A stretch of DNA of 64,000 bases. It comes from Mesotaenium endlicherianum (Eukaryota). A model generated the notes under the pieces. It did not search any database. It saw only the letters and a program-made list of their open reading frames with translations, and had not been told where the DNA came from. Below are positions 35,201-49,787 of this stretch, one piece after another (the first letter of the stretch is position 1; every line of letters starts with the position of its first letter). The stretch is taken from contig WELA01003606.1 of assembly GCA_009602735.1 (NCBI GenBank), forward strand, positions 142,770-206,769, read 5' to 3'. The position numbers and the translations under genes were made by a program.

Positions 35201-36567
35201 GGTGCCAAGTCAGTCTGCCCATCACTGGCTCCTCTCACTTTAACTGTACCTCTGCTCCAACACACTTCAGCTTGATGTCTATTAAGCCAGGACCTGCCTA
35301 GCACGAGATCATAAAAGCCAGTGTTGAGTATCTCAAATGTAAGCGTTTCAGTTAGAACTGCAATGCCAGAACCTAACTGGATGAAATGTATCGACTTACC
35401 AAATAGGCGTTTAACAATTAATGAAGATCTTTATATCAGCAAGTAATCTTTATGGTATTTTTCGTTAACTGGTTTAACGGCAAAGGACAACACACTAGCA
35501 GTGAATAATACTCGTCAGTCAAATGAGAGTAAACTAGCATCAATAATGCAAATCAGTAAACTCATACATAAGCAAGGTTAGAAGACAGTGCGTATCAATG
35601 GCTTCTCGCCTTGGATTCAGATCTCTCTCAGTAAGCTGTACAAGAGAGTTGGCCTCGTTTCCGAATGCCGAACTCGAGAGCAATGCCTAGCATATGTACA
35701 TGGAATGAGTTTACTGTTCAACGGTCAGTGCGATGGCACCGCCTACCCGGGAGTTAACCACGTTGGTAGGACCTCGGTTAACCAAATCCACCGCCATCTC
35801 CCATCATCCCGAATAGCCATCCATCATAGGGATGTCATCTGGCCATTCATCTAGCATATCGCACTTAGATGCATATCAAGGCAGTTCGCTGCTACCGAGT
35901 ACGGAAGTCAGCTGGCTGTCAAAGAATGGGTCAGCAAGCTGACTTATATGGACTTCAGCTTGCTGCTTCCGGCTGAGTCATTAAACTGATAATTATGTAA
36001 AGTCCAGCAGACTGACTATTTAACTAAAGTTCAGCAGGCTGAACTTAATTAACTATTATATTTAAATGAATATTACATCCACTAATATACTGATTCATTA
36101 CACTGGACCTCAATAGGCTTGGTTATAAATCCTCCCGGGATACTTGAGGCATCTCCAAGGAATATTTTTCCCTTCCCTTGGGTGACAGTAGGCAGCCTTA
36201 GCCGCTTAACTAAGTCCTTGTGGATAAAAGTATGTGACGCCCCTCCGTCAACAAATGCCCTCACCTTCCTACCTGCAATCATGCAATGCAGTAGGATAGG
36301 GGGGACTGTCTTTTCCTGACTTTCGCATTGTTCTCCTGACGTAGCAAAGAAATGTTGGACATCAGGTGGAACAAGAGCATCCAAAGTGTGCACTCTCTGG
36401 ACGTCTATATTGCTGATGGTCTCCTTTATCTGGTTGTCAGGCATGCATAGTGAATCCAGTTCAGCAGGACCCATAATACCTGCTACGAGGGCAGCTAGTG
36501 ACGACTCACTATCTCTAGCATCCTCACAGTCAGTAGACTAGATTACTAACTGTTGCTGTCTTTTAAA
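32279..36567 (-). pseudogene. pol: A3 pol, disrupted
   Basis: PR, RT (33898-34878), RNase H, integrase and chromodomain EYEIEEILDAR..YLIRWKGYDASGDTWE. Confidence 0.92.
35382..36102 (-). repeat. Family A solo LTR inserted in the A3 protease region
   Basis: TG...CA ends with TSD CTGGA at 35377-35381 and 36103-36107. Confidence 0.93.
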
Positions 36568-37797
36568 GGCGGGCCTTTTCTCTCGAGCTTCGGGAGGTGC
36601 TTGACTGGACACTGTTCTCTGTAGTGGCCCAACTGCTGACAATGGTAGAAAATGGATTTTGATGAGGCTAGTCTCGGCTTAGTCCTACCACCACCTCTTC
36701 CATAGCCGCCTCGAGAAAAACCATCTCTACCTCTAGACTGTATGGCTTTATACTCATACTCATATCCATCACCCTGATCATCCTCAGCCTGGTCTCCTTC
36801 AATTGCATTGTAGGAACCGTGGGGCTTTTTGACAACCTTAGACACCAAGGCATTACTCTGGCGCTTGTGATAAAACTGCTGCTGATCCCAGGCATCAGCA
36901 TCCTGGATCAAGTCAGCCAGTTTCTCAGACTTCTACCCACGTAGGGTCACCGAGATGCCGAGCCTTACGCTCTCCTTTCCAGTAAAGCCACCAGTCTGCG
37001 GCACTGCCTTTCAGTAGAGCACCGGTGTGCCTGACCTTCTCGTAATCTTGCAGTTCTGGGTAGTTCTCCAGCCACTGCTCAACATCCGCGAGAAACTTGA
37101 TCAGGTAATATTTTTTGTTTCCCTCAGAATCATATTCCTTGGGAGGTTTCGGCTTGGGCTTACTAGGCCCTCGACCACCACCACCAGTGGTTTGAGACCC
37201 CAGTTGGTCTCTGTCCCGCAGTAGAGACATTATGATTCTTTTGTCCTCCTGCTGGGACTGATACATGGTCGCCATTTGCGACTGCATTTGAACGAACAAT
37301 GCTCCCAAGTCTACACTCTGGGGTGGTAGTCTAGCAAATGCAGCAGCAGCATTGGCATCTACTCGCTGAGTAGTGTCCTCAACAGTCCCTCTCGCTCCTG
37401 CAGGAGAAATTCCTGCCGCATTCAGCCGGTCACGTATTTGACATAGGGGTACATTGAGTTGTACAGCAGGAGGTGGGTTCAGAATATTGGCCCTTGATGC
37501 CATAAGTTCTTCAACAGTGCGCTCGTCAGCTGGCTGTCTTTCCCTCCTTTTTGTATCTTCAGCGGCCTTTGCTAATTGTTCAGTTTCTAATCTGGCTCTC
37601 TCCTCCTCAGCTTGCTGTGTTGCGACTGCGGCTATAGCAGCTGCCTCATCTGCACCCTCTCTAGCTGCAGTATCTGCCACTGTTTCAGAATAGGTACGGG
37701 TTCCCGCTACATGGCTTTCCGCCTGGTTTTGGACATTCTCGTTATCCTGGTTCTCCATGTCTCGGGAGTTGCTTGTTTGAGACCTTGTCCCTACCAT
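36546..37797 (-). pseudogene. gag: A3 gag with internal deletion
   Basis: ORFs 36925-37797 and 36546-36911 match the family-A gag. Confidence 0.9.
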
Positions 37798-37831
37798 ACA
37801 AAGAAGACTCTGATAACTGCTCCGATACCAC

Positions 37832-38548
37832 TGAAATGAATTGTCTTACCTAATAGGCGTTTAACAATTAATAAAGATCTTTATATCAGTAAGTTATCTT
37901 TATGGATTTTCCGTTAACTGATTAAACGGCAAAAGGACAACACACTAGCAGTGGACAACACTCGTAAATCAAATGCGAGTAAACTAGCATCAACAATGCA
38001 CTCAATAAACTCATACATAAGCAAGGTTAGAAGACAGTGTGTATCAATGGCTTCTCGCCTTGGATTCAGATCTCTCTCAGTAAGCTGTACCAGAGAGTTG
38101 GCCTCGTTTTTAAATGCCGAACTCGAGAGCAACGCCTAGCATATGTACATGGAATGAGTTTACTGTTCAACGGCCAGTGCGATGCCACCGCCTACCCGGG
38201 AGTTTACCACGTTGGTAGGACCTCGGTTAACCAAATCCACCGCCATCTCCCATCATCCCGAATCGCCATCCATCATAGGGATGTCATCTGGCCATTCATC
38301 TTGCATACCACACTTAGTTGCATATGGAGGCAGTTCGTTGCTACCGAGTACGGAAGTCAGCTGGCTGTCAAAGAATGTGTCAACAAGCTGACTTAAGTTG
38401 ACTTCAGCCTGCTGCTTCCGGCTGAGTCATTAAACTGATACCAAATATAAAGTCCAGCAGACTGACCATTAACTAAAGTTCAGCAGGCTGAACTTAATTT
38501 ACTACATGTAAATGAATATTATATCTACTAATATACCGATTCATTACA
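37832..38548 (-). repeat. Family A LTR (5' LTR of A3), abutting the middle of the A4 3' LTR
   Basis: TG...CA ends and adjacent PBS; followed by internal LTR sequence TTTGGCCATTC. Confidence 0.92.
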
Positions 38549-38881
38549 TTTGGCCATTCATCTAGCACACCACACTTAGATGCGTATCTAGGTAGTTCTC
38601 TGCTACCGAGTACGGAAGTCAGTTGGCTGTCAAAGAATGTGTCAGCACTGACCTAAGTTGACTTCAGCCTGCTGCTCCCGGCTGAGTCATTAAACTGATT
38701 ATTTAATTAAGCTCAACAGATTCAATATTAATTAAAGTTCAGCAGGCTGAACTTATTTAACTATTATTATATCAACCAATATACTGATTCATTACAATCC
38801 CTCCAATTTAACATGTTGTCGCCTCGACACCACTAACACTAGTAACAGCGTGCTGTCCCTTCCGTCCCCAGCCTACTGCCA

Positions 38882-40535
38882 TTAGGAGGGAGATGTCCCT
38901 GGGGCCCTATACTCAGGGGAGCCGGTCCTCCTCCTGTGTTGGGGTTCCTGAAGCCTGGGAGATCTGCATAGGGGCCTCGCGGAGAACGCAGTAACTGGGC
39001 TGTTTTCTCCTGCACAGTCTGAAACTGAAGGGAGGCAGCCTTCTCCTGGGCAGCCCTCAATCTGACAGGTACATATACCGGCATTCCATAAGGAAGTTGC
39101 ATGACACAAGCCAAGGGCACATGCCCTCTCTGCGAGGGAGATGCTGGCAGGCCTCTGGATATCTCCCTAGCAGCCCTCCTGCCCTGTCTGACTGGGTCTT
39201 CGTGCCTGCAGATGGGCTCGGTCCTCTGGCAGTTCCCAGCCAAGTGATGTTCTCCTCTTCAGCGAGCTGTTGCAAGGCCATCCCAGTTTTCTTCCTTACA
39301 GGGGATGTGGCAGGTGTCAGGACCACAGCGGAGCTAGTGTCCTCCTCCTCGCCTTCCTCTTCTTCTTCCTGTGACCCCTCCTCCTCTCCTTCCCCTGGTT
39401 CCTCTGAGACCGCTGAGGTCTCCTCTGTCAGCTGCTCTAGCTCTTCCCAAGAAAAAGAATACCCCACTGACCTTCCCCTTTTGGGTGCTGGTGGGGGCTG
39501 TTGAGGCCGGACCGCATGCAAGTCCTTTTCTCCCTGCTTGCTTGCCCATTTAGCATAAGCGTGCTTCCCTTTAGAGAATGATTCACAGGCCCTGATCCTG
39601 TCCTCCTGCATTTCTTGGCTCATGCAATCTCTTACTCCATCCAGTCTTGGGTCACAAGCTGCAATGTGAGGAGGCAACAGTATGTTCCCTTGTAGGTCTG
39701 TTAGGAAATCCTCATCCTTTGCCTTGTCATTCTGCTGGTCCCTCATGTTGATGGTCATCCACCGCTAATCGGTGGGCTTCTGGTAAAAGGCAGGGTCTGT
39801 CCTTTTCAGAGTGCACGGGTAGCAGTGCCCTACGAAGTCCAGCTGACTGGTTTCCCTGGCCAAGAACTCCCGGCTTTTCCTCTCCACCTCATTATACATG
39901 GCCTTGAATTGGTTATGGGGTGTAGAGTCCTTAAAGCTGTCCGCGTCCATGGGGATCATCCTGATGACCCTATCCTTTCCTCAGATGCCTGGGATCGATA
40001 CAGCTCCTGTCTCATTCACTTGGGCCATTGCCTTGGCCTCTCTGACTGTATACCCTACCATCCTGGCATAATCGTGGTAGAGGAGTAGCCCTGTGCTGAC
40101 CTCGATATACTTGTCAAAGTGTTCGGATGTCTCCTCTTCCCTCTGCAGGATGTTCTGCTGTGCCTCACTGCGACTTCTCTGGGTATACTTGAAGGCCTCC
40201 TCCAGTAGATCAAAGCCCTTGCCCAGTATTGTGTAGCGGTAGCTGCTGATTCTCCTCTGTTCTTCTTCTTCAGCCTGCTGCTTCCGCCTCTCCTCGGCTT
40301 GCCTCTCCTCTTGCGCCTTCTTGGCCTCCTTTGCAGCTATTCTGTCCAGTTCTTCCTGCCTCAGCCTGGCTTGCTCCTCCTCCTCCTTCTTCTTCTGTGC
40401 CTCCCGCTGTTGTTGGAGTCGTTATGATTCCCGAGCGGAGATGGAGGATGATTCGATGTCGCTACGGAATTGCAAGTAGTCTGCATGTGCCTCTTCCGCT
40501 CTTCTCTTCCTCTTAAGTTTCGACTTCTGGATCAT
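38882..40535 (-). pseudogene. ORF3 accessory gene of A4 (allele I), disrupted
   Basis: Collinear with A2 ORF3 (ORFs 39765-39959, 39057-39758, 38882-39109). ATG at 40535 follows CAG|G. Confidence 0.88.
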
Positions 40536-40893
40536 CCTGCCCAATCATAAACAAAATGCCGTCAATGAAGTCATGATACTTTGCCGCTACTGAGTGCCCG
40601 TGGTTAAGAAGAATGTGATAGGGAGAGTCCCTAGTGTGTAGTACCTTGTGTGAATGAGTATAAGAGAGAATTGAGTTAGAGAGAAAAAGTGCGTATGAGC
40701 GCAGGTTGAGTGTGTAGAATGGTTATAAAATTTGCCTGGCTGATCCCGAAACGGAACACACTCCCTCCAACTTAATTTTAAAGGTGGGCAACCTGTCACA
40801 ACTGTCACTATCTGTCACTAATTGTCACATTCCCCTCCGACTTATACGGAGACAGGACCTCTTGTCACCTGTCCATGTCCACTGAAATGACAG

Positions 40894-43800
40894 TTAGGGA
40901 GGGGTGCCAGCCGCTCGAAGGTGGAACCGTTTCAACGCCCCTTTGGCATTGGTCAGTTGGTCTTTAAATTCCCAAGTGTCCCCAGAGGCGTCGTAACCCT
41001 TCCATCTGACCAGGTACTTCTTGACATGTTTAGATGATCGACGGACAGAGCGAGCGTCAAAATCTCCTCCACCTCATATTCCTCAGGGTCACCATCCGGG
41101 ACAGCGGGGACCGGTCTCGGTTGGACAAGTAACCGACCTGTGAACAGTGTGTCACCGTTGATGTACGGTTCCAAGAAGGAGACATTAAAGACTGGGTGAC
41201 CCTTGTGATCTGCTGACATGTTCAGTTTATAAGCATTCTGACCGACACGGCGCACCACCGAATATGGACCGACCCAGACCGGACCAAGCTTTTTCTTGAC
41301 CACACCAGGTAGGTACAGGTGCTGAGAATGCAGTTTGACCAAATCGCCCTTAGAAAAGGTCAGCTCTCGACGGTGCTGATTAGCATATTTTTGTTGATTT
41401 TCTTGGGCTTTGTGCAAGTTTTGTTGGAATTCCGACAGGGTGTCAGCAAACTCTTGTGTTAACTAGAGAGAGACCGGATTGTCAATCCCTTCAGGGTGAG
41501 TTAAAGACTCCCCCAGTACATCTAAAGGAGACTTAGGGACTCTACCCAGGCTCAGTTCAAAAGGAGTCTTGCCCGTTGACGCGTGCACCGCACTGTTGAT
41601 CGCAATCTGGATTTGAGGTAACAGGTCATCCCAATCATCTTGTTTTTGGTTGATATAGGCTCTCAGCACCTCTTGCAAAACTCGGTTAGTTCTTTCAGTC
41701 TGCCCATCAGTTTGAGGGTGGTTTGCTGTGCTGAGCAGCTGCTTGACTCCCTTTAACCCCATTAAAGCTCTCCGAAACTTAAAGGTAAATTTTGAGTCTC
41801 TGTCTGAGATGATATTAGAGGGTAGCGTATGTTGGCATACTACATGGTTGTAGAACTGTCTCGCTGTTTCGAGTGCAGTTACTTTGACAATTGTGGGGAT
41901 GAAAATGACCATTTTTGTTAGTTTATCCACGACTACTAGTATCGAATCATGCCCATTGGCAGTTCGTGGCAGTGTGACCACCCAGTCCATAGATATAGTT
42001 TCCCAGCGGGCAGCTGGGATGGGCAGCGGTTGTAAGAGGCCCCCCGGTGGTGTGTGCGTAGACTTATTCTTTTGACACTGGTCACAGGACTTAACGTATT
42101 TCAAGACCTCCCGAGGTAATCCCTCCCAATGATAATGTATTGCCAGTTTGCCAATAGTTTTGGCCTTCCCCAAATGCCCACCCAGTAAACTGTCATGAGC
42201 TTGACTCAGTAAAAGGGACCTTATTTCCAAGTTATTAGGAATGACCAGCTTCAGCCTGCCTGAAGTGGTTTCAGTCACCCAGACCCCACCCTTAAGTTGA
42301 TACCCGAGTGCAGTAGCAAGACACACACCATCAGTGAGACGGGCTCAATGTTAGGTCAGAAAGGTAGGCTTTCCTAAGTTGTTCAAGGAAGGACTTTTTC
42401 ACCTTTCGTGAAGTGAGTGCACAAAGGACTTTATCTACAGCATGCTGACAAAAGTTTCTTTCTTGCAAGTCAGGTCTTCTAGAGAGTGCATCAGCAAGAT
42501 TCAACTTCCCTGGTTTGTAGTCAATCTGGACTTAAAACTGCTCCAGCTTCTGGCTCCAGCGGTTCTCCCTCCTTGACAGCTTGGACTTCTTCTGAAAGTA
42601 AGTCAGAGCTAGATGATCTGTAATCACCTTACAAGCTTTACCATGTAAGTATGCTCTCCACTGTTTGAGCACATGAATGATTGCTAGCAGCTCTTTATCA
42701 TGCACGGAGTAATTAATCTCAGCTGGATTAAATTTCATTGACTTATACAACACAGGATGCCACTCTTGTTTTACCTTACCATCCTTTGGGGTTTTGTCAG
42801 CAGGCTTCAACAAAATAGCACATATGGCAAAGTCAGAGGCATCAGTGACCACCTGCACAGGATTGCTGGGGTCATACACGGCTAGCAATGGGGCAGAACA
42901 AAGAGCATCTTTAAGGGTCTGGAAGGCATCCTGCTACTCTTCCCCCCACACATACCCTATGTCTTTCTTAGTAAGGTCTGTCTTTGTAGAATAATTCTCA
43001 ATAAATCTCCTATAGTAATTAGCCAACCCAAAGAAGGATCTAACTTCAGAGACAGACTGTGGTATAGGCCAGTCCATTATGGTCTGGATCTTCTTAGGAT
43101 CCACACTGATGCCTTCTTTGCTGACAACATGGCCTAGAAATTCAATACTTTCTTCGAAGAAATCACACTGCTCATTTTAGCATACAATTGGTTCCTTCTC
43201 AGAGTGTCCATGTGCCCCTTTCACCTTGACTGTCTTTAAGTGTTCAGCATGCTGAGCTTCATCTTTGGAACAAGAAAAATATCATCCAAGAAGACTTGCA
43301 AAAACTTATCCAGGTAAGGTCTAAAAATGTCATTCATAGCACCCATGAAGGTTGCAGGAGCATTGGTCAGTCCGAATGGCATCACGTTGAACTCATAGTG
43401 TCCATAACGTGTGCGAAAGGCAGTCTTGTGTTCATCCCCCTCAACAATTCTGATTTGATGATAACCACTCTTGAGATCCACCTTACTGAACACTTTAGCA
43501 CCAGACAGGGTATCAAGCAAGTCCTCAATTCTGGGTAAAGCATACTTGTTCTTTACAGTAATTTTGTTAAGAGCTCTGTAATCAACACACATCCGCATAC
43601 TGCCATCCTTTTTCTTAACAAAGAGGATGGGTGCACCATAAGGTGATTTACTGGGGGAAATGTCACCATTTTCCTCAAGCTCTCCAATCTGTATTTTCAA
43701 CTCTTCGCTCTCCACATAAGACAAGCCATAAGTGCGTTGCCAGGGTGGCTGACTCCCAGGTAATAAGTCAATCCTGTGATCCACTTCCCTCTTAGGAGGT

Positions 43801-44701
43801 AGTCTTGGAGGCATATTGAAAACATCAGTGTACTGAGCAACAATTTTCGCAGCAGTAGGGTGCTCCGGAGGACTTACCTTTTTCTCAACCACTTCTTCAG
43901 GTTGAGGAGGTACCTCTCTTAGCAGCAGACAGAACATTCTGTCTTCCTTCTGGTTCCAGCTGTCGATGAACTTCATTGCATTCAACAATTTGCATCCTCC
44001 TAGAAGCCTCTCTATTTCCTTCATTTGCCATCCATACAGGACAAGAGGAAGAGCACTGGTGGGTGCCAAGTTAGTTTGCCCATCACTGGCTCCTCTCACT
44101 TTAACTGTACCTTTGCTCCAACACGCTTCAGCTTGATGTCTATTAAGCCAGGACCTGCCTAGCACAAGATCATAGAAGCCAGTGTTGAGTACCTCAAATG
44201 TAAGCGTTTCAGTTAGAACTGCAATGCCAGAACCTAACTGGACCTCAATAGGCTTGGTTATAAATCCTCCCGGGATACTTGAGGCATCTCCAAGGAATAT
44301 TTTTCTCTTCCCTTGGGTGACAGTAGGCAGCCTTAGCCGCTTAACTAAGTCCTTATGGATAAAACTTTGTGACGCTCCTCCGTCAACAAATGCCCTCACC
44401 TTCCTACCTGCAATCATGCAATGCAGTAGGATAGGAGGCCTGTCTTTTCCTGACTTTCGCATTGTTCTCCTGACTTAGCAAAGAAATGTTGGACATCAGG
44501 TGGAACAAGATCATCCAGAGTGTGCACTCTCTGGAGATCTATATTGCTGATGGTCTTCTTTATCTGGTTGTCAGGCATGCATAGCGAATCCAGTTCAGCA
44601 GGACCTATAATACCTGCTACGAGAGCAGCTAGTGACGACTCACTATCTCTAGCATCCTCACAGTCAGTAGACTGGATTACTGACTGTTGCTGTCTTTTAA
44701 A
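40894..44701 (-). pseudogene. pol: A4 pol, disrupted
   Basis: ORFs 43236-44462 (PR, RT), 42532-42888 (RH), 41463-42326 (IN) and 40953-41417 (GPY/F, chromodomain). Confidence 0.92.
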
Positions 44702-46150
44702 GGCTGGTCTTTCNTCTCGACCTTTGGGAGGTGCTTGACTGGACACTGCTGTCTGAAGTGACCTGTCTGCTGGCAATGGAAGTAAATCGATTTTGCTGAG
44801 GCTGGTCTCGGCTTCATCCTACCACCACCTCTTCCATAGCCGCCTCGAGGGAAACCACCTCTCCCTCTAGACTGCATAGCATTGTACTCATACCCATATT
44901 CATCACCCTGATCATCCTTAGCCTGGTCTCCTTCAATTGCATTGTAGGAACCGTGGGGCTTTTTGACAACTTTAGACACCAAAGCATTACTCTGGCGCTT
45001 GTGATTGAACTGCTGCTGATCCCAGGCATCAGCATCCTGTATCAAGTCAGCCAATTTCTTATACTTCTTTTCAGCAAAATGACCCGAGACTTCGGATTTC
45101 AAGCCATACTTGAAGTATGCTATAGCGCTCTGGCAAGTCTGGCTGCTTCATCATGTTCTCCTGGAACTTCTGAGCAAACTCAGCACCTGAAGTAGTCTGC
45201 TTCAGTGTCAAGGAGATCATCGCATAGATAGCTTTCTCTTGCTGATTGATCACATCAAACTTCTCATGCAGTTTCTCAACAAACTCTACCCAAGTAAGGT
45301 CACCGAGTTGTTGAGCCTTACGCTCTCTTTTCCAATACAGCCACGAATCTGCTGCACTGCCTTTCAGTAGAGCACCAGTGTGCCTGACCTTCTCGTAATC
45401 TTGCAGTTTTGGGTAGTTCTCCAGCCACTGCTCGACATCAGCGAGAAACTTGATCAGGTAATACTTTTTGTTCCCCCTAGGAGTATAATCCTGGGGAGGT
45501 TTAGGCTTGGGCTTACTAGGCCCTCTGCCACCACCACCAGTGGTTTGAGAACCCAGTTGGTCCCTGTTCCCCAGCAGAGACATTATGATTCTCTTGTCCT
45601 TCTGTTTGGACTAATACATGCTCGCCATTTGCGATTGCATTTGCACGAACAATGCGCCTAGATCAACATTCTGAGGTGGGAGTCTAGCAAATGCAGCAGT
45701 AGCAACGGCATCAACTCGCTAAGTAGTGTCCTCAACAGTCCCTCTCGCTCCTGCAGCAGCAATTCCTGCCGCATTCAGCCGGTCACGAATTTGACCTAGG
45801 GGCACATTGAATTGTACAGCAGGAGGTGGGTTCAGAACATTGGTCCTTGATGCCATAAGTTCTTCGACAGTGCGCTCGTCCGCTGGCTATCCTTCCCTCC
45901 TTTCTATATCTTCAGCAGCCTTTGCTAATCGTTCAGCTTCTAAGCTGGCTCTCGCCTCCTCAGCCTGCTGTGTTGCGACTGCGGCAATAGCAGCTGTCTC
46001 ATCTGCAGCCTCTCTAGCTGCAGTATCTGCCACTGCTTCAGAATAGGTACGGGTTCCCGTTACATGGCTTTGAGCCTGATTTTTGACATTCTTGTTATCC
46101 TTGTTCTCCATGTCTTGGGAGTTGCTAGTTTGAGACCTTGTCCTTACCAT
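44677..46150 (-). pseudogene. gag: A4 gag, disrupted
   Basis: ORFs 45887-46150, 45071-45583 and 44677-45102 match the family-A gag. Confidence 0.9.
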
Positions 46151-46185
46151 ACAAAAGAAGACTGTGATAATTGCTCCGATACCAC

Positions 46186-46903
46186 TGAATTGAATTGGCT
46201 TACTAAAAAGGCGATTAATAATTAATGAAGATCTTTATATCAGCAAGTAATCTTTATGGTATTTTTTGTTAATTGATTAAACAGCAAAAGACAACACACT
46301 AGCAGTGGACAATACTCGTAAGTCAAATGGAAGTAAACTAGCATCAATAATGCAATCAGCAAACTCACACATAGGCAAGGCTAGGAGACAGTGCATATCA
46401 ATAACTTCTTGCCTTGGATTCAGATCTCTCTCAGTAAGCAGTACAAGAGAGTTGGCCTCGTTTCCGAATGCCGAATTCGAGAGCAATGCCTAGCATATGT
46501 ACATGGAATGAGTTTACTGTTCAACGGCCAGTGCGATGCCACCGCCTACCCGGGAGTTAACCACGTTGGTAGGACCTCGGTTAACCAAATCCACCGCCAT
46601 CTCCCATCATCCCGATTCGCCATCCATCCGAAGGATGTCATCTGGCCATTCATCGAGCACACCACACTTAGATGCGTATCTAGGCAGTTCGCTGCTATCG
46701 AGTACGGAGGTCAGCTGGCTGTCAAAGAATGTGTCAGCAAGCTGACCTAAGTTGACTTCAGCCTGCTGCCCCCGGCTGAGTCATTAAACTGATTATTTAA
46801 TAAAGTCCAGCAGACTCAATATTAACTAAAGTTCAGCAGCTGAACTTATTTAACTATTATATTTAATTGAATATTATATCAACCAATATACTGATTCATT
46901 ACA
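46186..46903 (-). repeat. Family A LTR (5' LTR of A4)
   Basis: TG...CA ends with the PBS complement GCTCCGATACCA adjacent. Confidence 0.92.
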
Positions 46904-47359
46904 GTACGCCTAGGTACAAAGAGTTGGCCTCGTTTTCGAATGTTGACCTCGAGGACAATGCCTCGCCTACGTACGTGGAATGAGTTTATTGTTCAACAGC
47001 TAGTGCGATGGCACTGTCTACTCGGAAGTTAACCAATTCTGTAGGACCTCGGCTAACCAAATCCACAGCCATCTCCCATCATCCTAAATCGCCATCCACC
47101 TAAGGTTGTCATCTGGTCACTCATTTAGCATATCACATTTAGATGCATAATTAGGAAATTCACTGATATCGATTACGGCAGTCAGCTGAGTGTCAAAGAA
47201 TGTGTTAGCCAGCTGACCTATAATGGACTTCAGCTTGCTGCTCCCGGCTGATCATTATGATGAATAAAACTAAAAGTCTTTTTAATAATTAAAATTCAGA
47301 AGACTGAATACAATTAAGTATTATATGTATTATATCTACCAATATACTGATTCATTACA
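46904..47359 (-). repeat. Older, diverged family A LTR fragment marking the edge of the TE island
   Basis: Degenerate match to the A LTR, ending ...GATTCATTACA at 47359. Confidence 0.8.
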
Positions 47360-49787
47360 TTACCCTTCGACAAGGATTAAGAAATATGTTTACAACTTGT
47401 TGACTTCAGATTACTGCCATTCTTGGCTATTGGTATTCATTAGAGCTTGGTTACTTTTATTGGTGAATTTCCACATAGGGACATCCGATGCCTCACGTGG
47501 TAGTAGCTAACTTACACTTTGCTTTCACAATATGAGTAAACACTAGTATACTTGAGAGCCTACTATATCCTTCACGTTCTCCAACTTCTTGAATTCTTGT
47601 TTCATTTTTATCTTCTAAGAGGTTTTTTTGTTGTTGTGATATTTGACTTTTGTTTGATGCATTTTACGCACATTGTAATGTCTAAAATCCTTTGGTCTCA
47701 CATGCGCTATTGATGATCTAGTATCATTTTTCTCTCCCTATTTGTTTCTCACGTCGCTATTTTTATTTTTATTTTCTGGTCGCTACTTTCCCTCAAATCT
47801 TAGAAGTGGTGTCTCCTCCCATGGGCCCGTCTGTTATTAACTCATAAAGCATGATAACACGGTGAGATCATGAGAAAACACGTATGTACCGCGATGCTAA
47901 ATGTTTCATGATAGTCTAACGCGTTGACCAGCGTGCAATGCGAGTTCTAACGTTTGCTAAGAGATGTCTACGTTGTTTTACGAAAATGTCGGTGACGGCA
48001 AAAATGCGCAAGTCCAATAGAGTCCAATGTGGTCCAATGCGCGTAGGTTGACTAAAGACAAATACATAACTGCACTTAGCAGGCTTGAGAAAGTTGCTTT
48101 CAAGGATCTTCGCCGACAAAAATCCACACGTTATGATGGTCAAGTAGTTGCAGAATAGTTTGGTGATATGCGAAGGACCCGCATGCCCCAAGATTGACCA
48201 AAAGTTGTATTTTTGAAAACATCCAAGGCTGACCGTCAGCATTTCAAAAAATACCCAACAACTTTTATAGGATTTTATTTTACATCTTGTATCTAATAAA
48301 AATCATCAGAACAAAATGTCCGTAACTTGTTAGGAGATGCATGATTTGCTCCCATTGAGGAGGATTGCAGTTGACATGATTTAGAATTTAACGGAATTTT
48401 AAATCATCCAAAACGTGGAATTACGTATAAATTTTCTCGAATGCAGGGTCTTACCCGGGATGGGGCGAAATAGATCGGGATAGGTAGAGGATAGACGGTA
48501 GTGTACAGCAGCTATATACATGGTTGTATTGTTGCCGAAGACTTCTGAATGGTTCCGATGCATCTCAAGGGGCGTTTGACTGCGTTAGGCGACCAATTAC
48601 TAGGTATCTTGCCAGACCGTGAGTGGAGTATTTCAACAATCCCACGTGGATGAATCTCTCGCTGCACGTCATTCTTTACCTACTGAGCAGGCTGTCATGA
48701 CCTGCGTATGGTCCAGTATGGACTGTACAGAATTCTAGAAGAACTCGAGTGAACCTGCCTGCTGCTGCCTGCATGGATCAGAATGGATGGATGTTCGGGA
48801 CTCGTCTTGTCAACATGCGACGATGCATACAATCTACGACTAATTGAGGGCTAAAATGTACTCATGCAGAAGCTGGCAGAAGCAGTCAAAACCAGAAAGC
48901 TAGACCAATTGCCAAGTCGGACGTACTTCGGTGGTACTCATAAGCACCTTAAGCCAGTTGGCCTCGGCGCGCAGGAGATCAGAGCGCCGTCCATGTGGAC
49001 ATGCCATGTCAATGTTTGGGAGTTGGGACCAGCTATGCTGAGCTAGGACTTCATTTAATTTCAAGTTCTCAACTACCTTCCATCAACTGCCTCGTTCCAA
49101 GCTATGCTGGACCAGGTTGCAGTCTAGAGTCTGGACTGAACTGAACCGAATGTATTGAAGGAATGGGACATGTGCGCGACTAGATGGCGCTGGACGTCGG
49201 CCTATGCACTCTTCGTGATTTTCACAACGACATCGAATCTGAAAAAGTCAACAGCTCAAGCACCCTCGATGATTAGTCGGAGACAGTCTACACCGTCCCT
49301 ACTTGATGAATGAACGTATCATTGCACCGATATTTCTTTATTACCTAGCCCACGCCACACTTGAGCCATCAACCAGCCTAGAGCTCGGAGCTGCTGAAGC
49401 ATGCTGGGGCCACTTGGTAAAAGGACGTATTCTTGGCCGGCAATGAAATGCATAGGTGGAAAGCTGAAGAACGCTCCAGAGTCCCGGAGGTGACAGTCGC
49501 GAGTCGCTTCCACACATCGGTGTGCCCGACTGTGCCCCTCACTGCTCCTGCTTGCTCCTGCTGCCGAGTTACAGATTCCCTGTGTAGTGCGACGAGTGTC
49601 GTGAGCATAAAGCATCTACTGCTTCGCATATCCTGGCGATGGCATACCAGGACGAAGGCCCTTGCCAAGTTCACACAGTTTCCTTTCCCGCACGGTAATG
49701 GTGCTGGGCATGTCTTACTGAGGGTTTCGCGTTGGTCGTAGTTGTCACTAAATCGCTGGAGTACTTTGTTTATCAATAGTCAGGGCC

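Larger units (their letters stand above)
29421..38548 (-). mobile_element. Element A3 (gag-pol-ORF3 allele II)
   Basis: LTRs 29421-30122 and 37832-38548 share diagnostic variants; PBS at 37819-37830. Deletions in integrase (~32845) and gag (~36925). Confidence 0.9.
38549..46903 (-). mobile_element. Element A4 (gag-pol-ORF3 allele I)
   Basis: Partial 3' LTR 38549-38796, PPT complement from 38797, ORF3, pol, gag, PBS 46173-46184, 5' LTR 46186-46903. Confidence 0.92.

Noticed and set aside
47360..49787. Short ORFs (47916-48242, 48864-49046, 49319-49776) and possible promoter elements
   Set aside because: No recognisable motifs or splice-supported model; treated as intergenic or upstream sequence.
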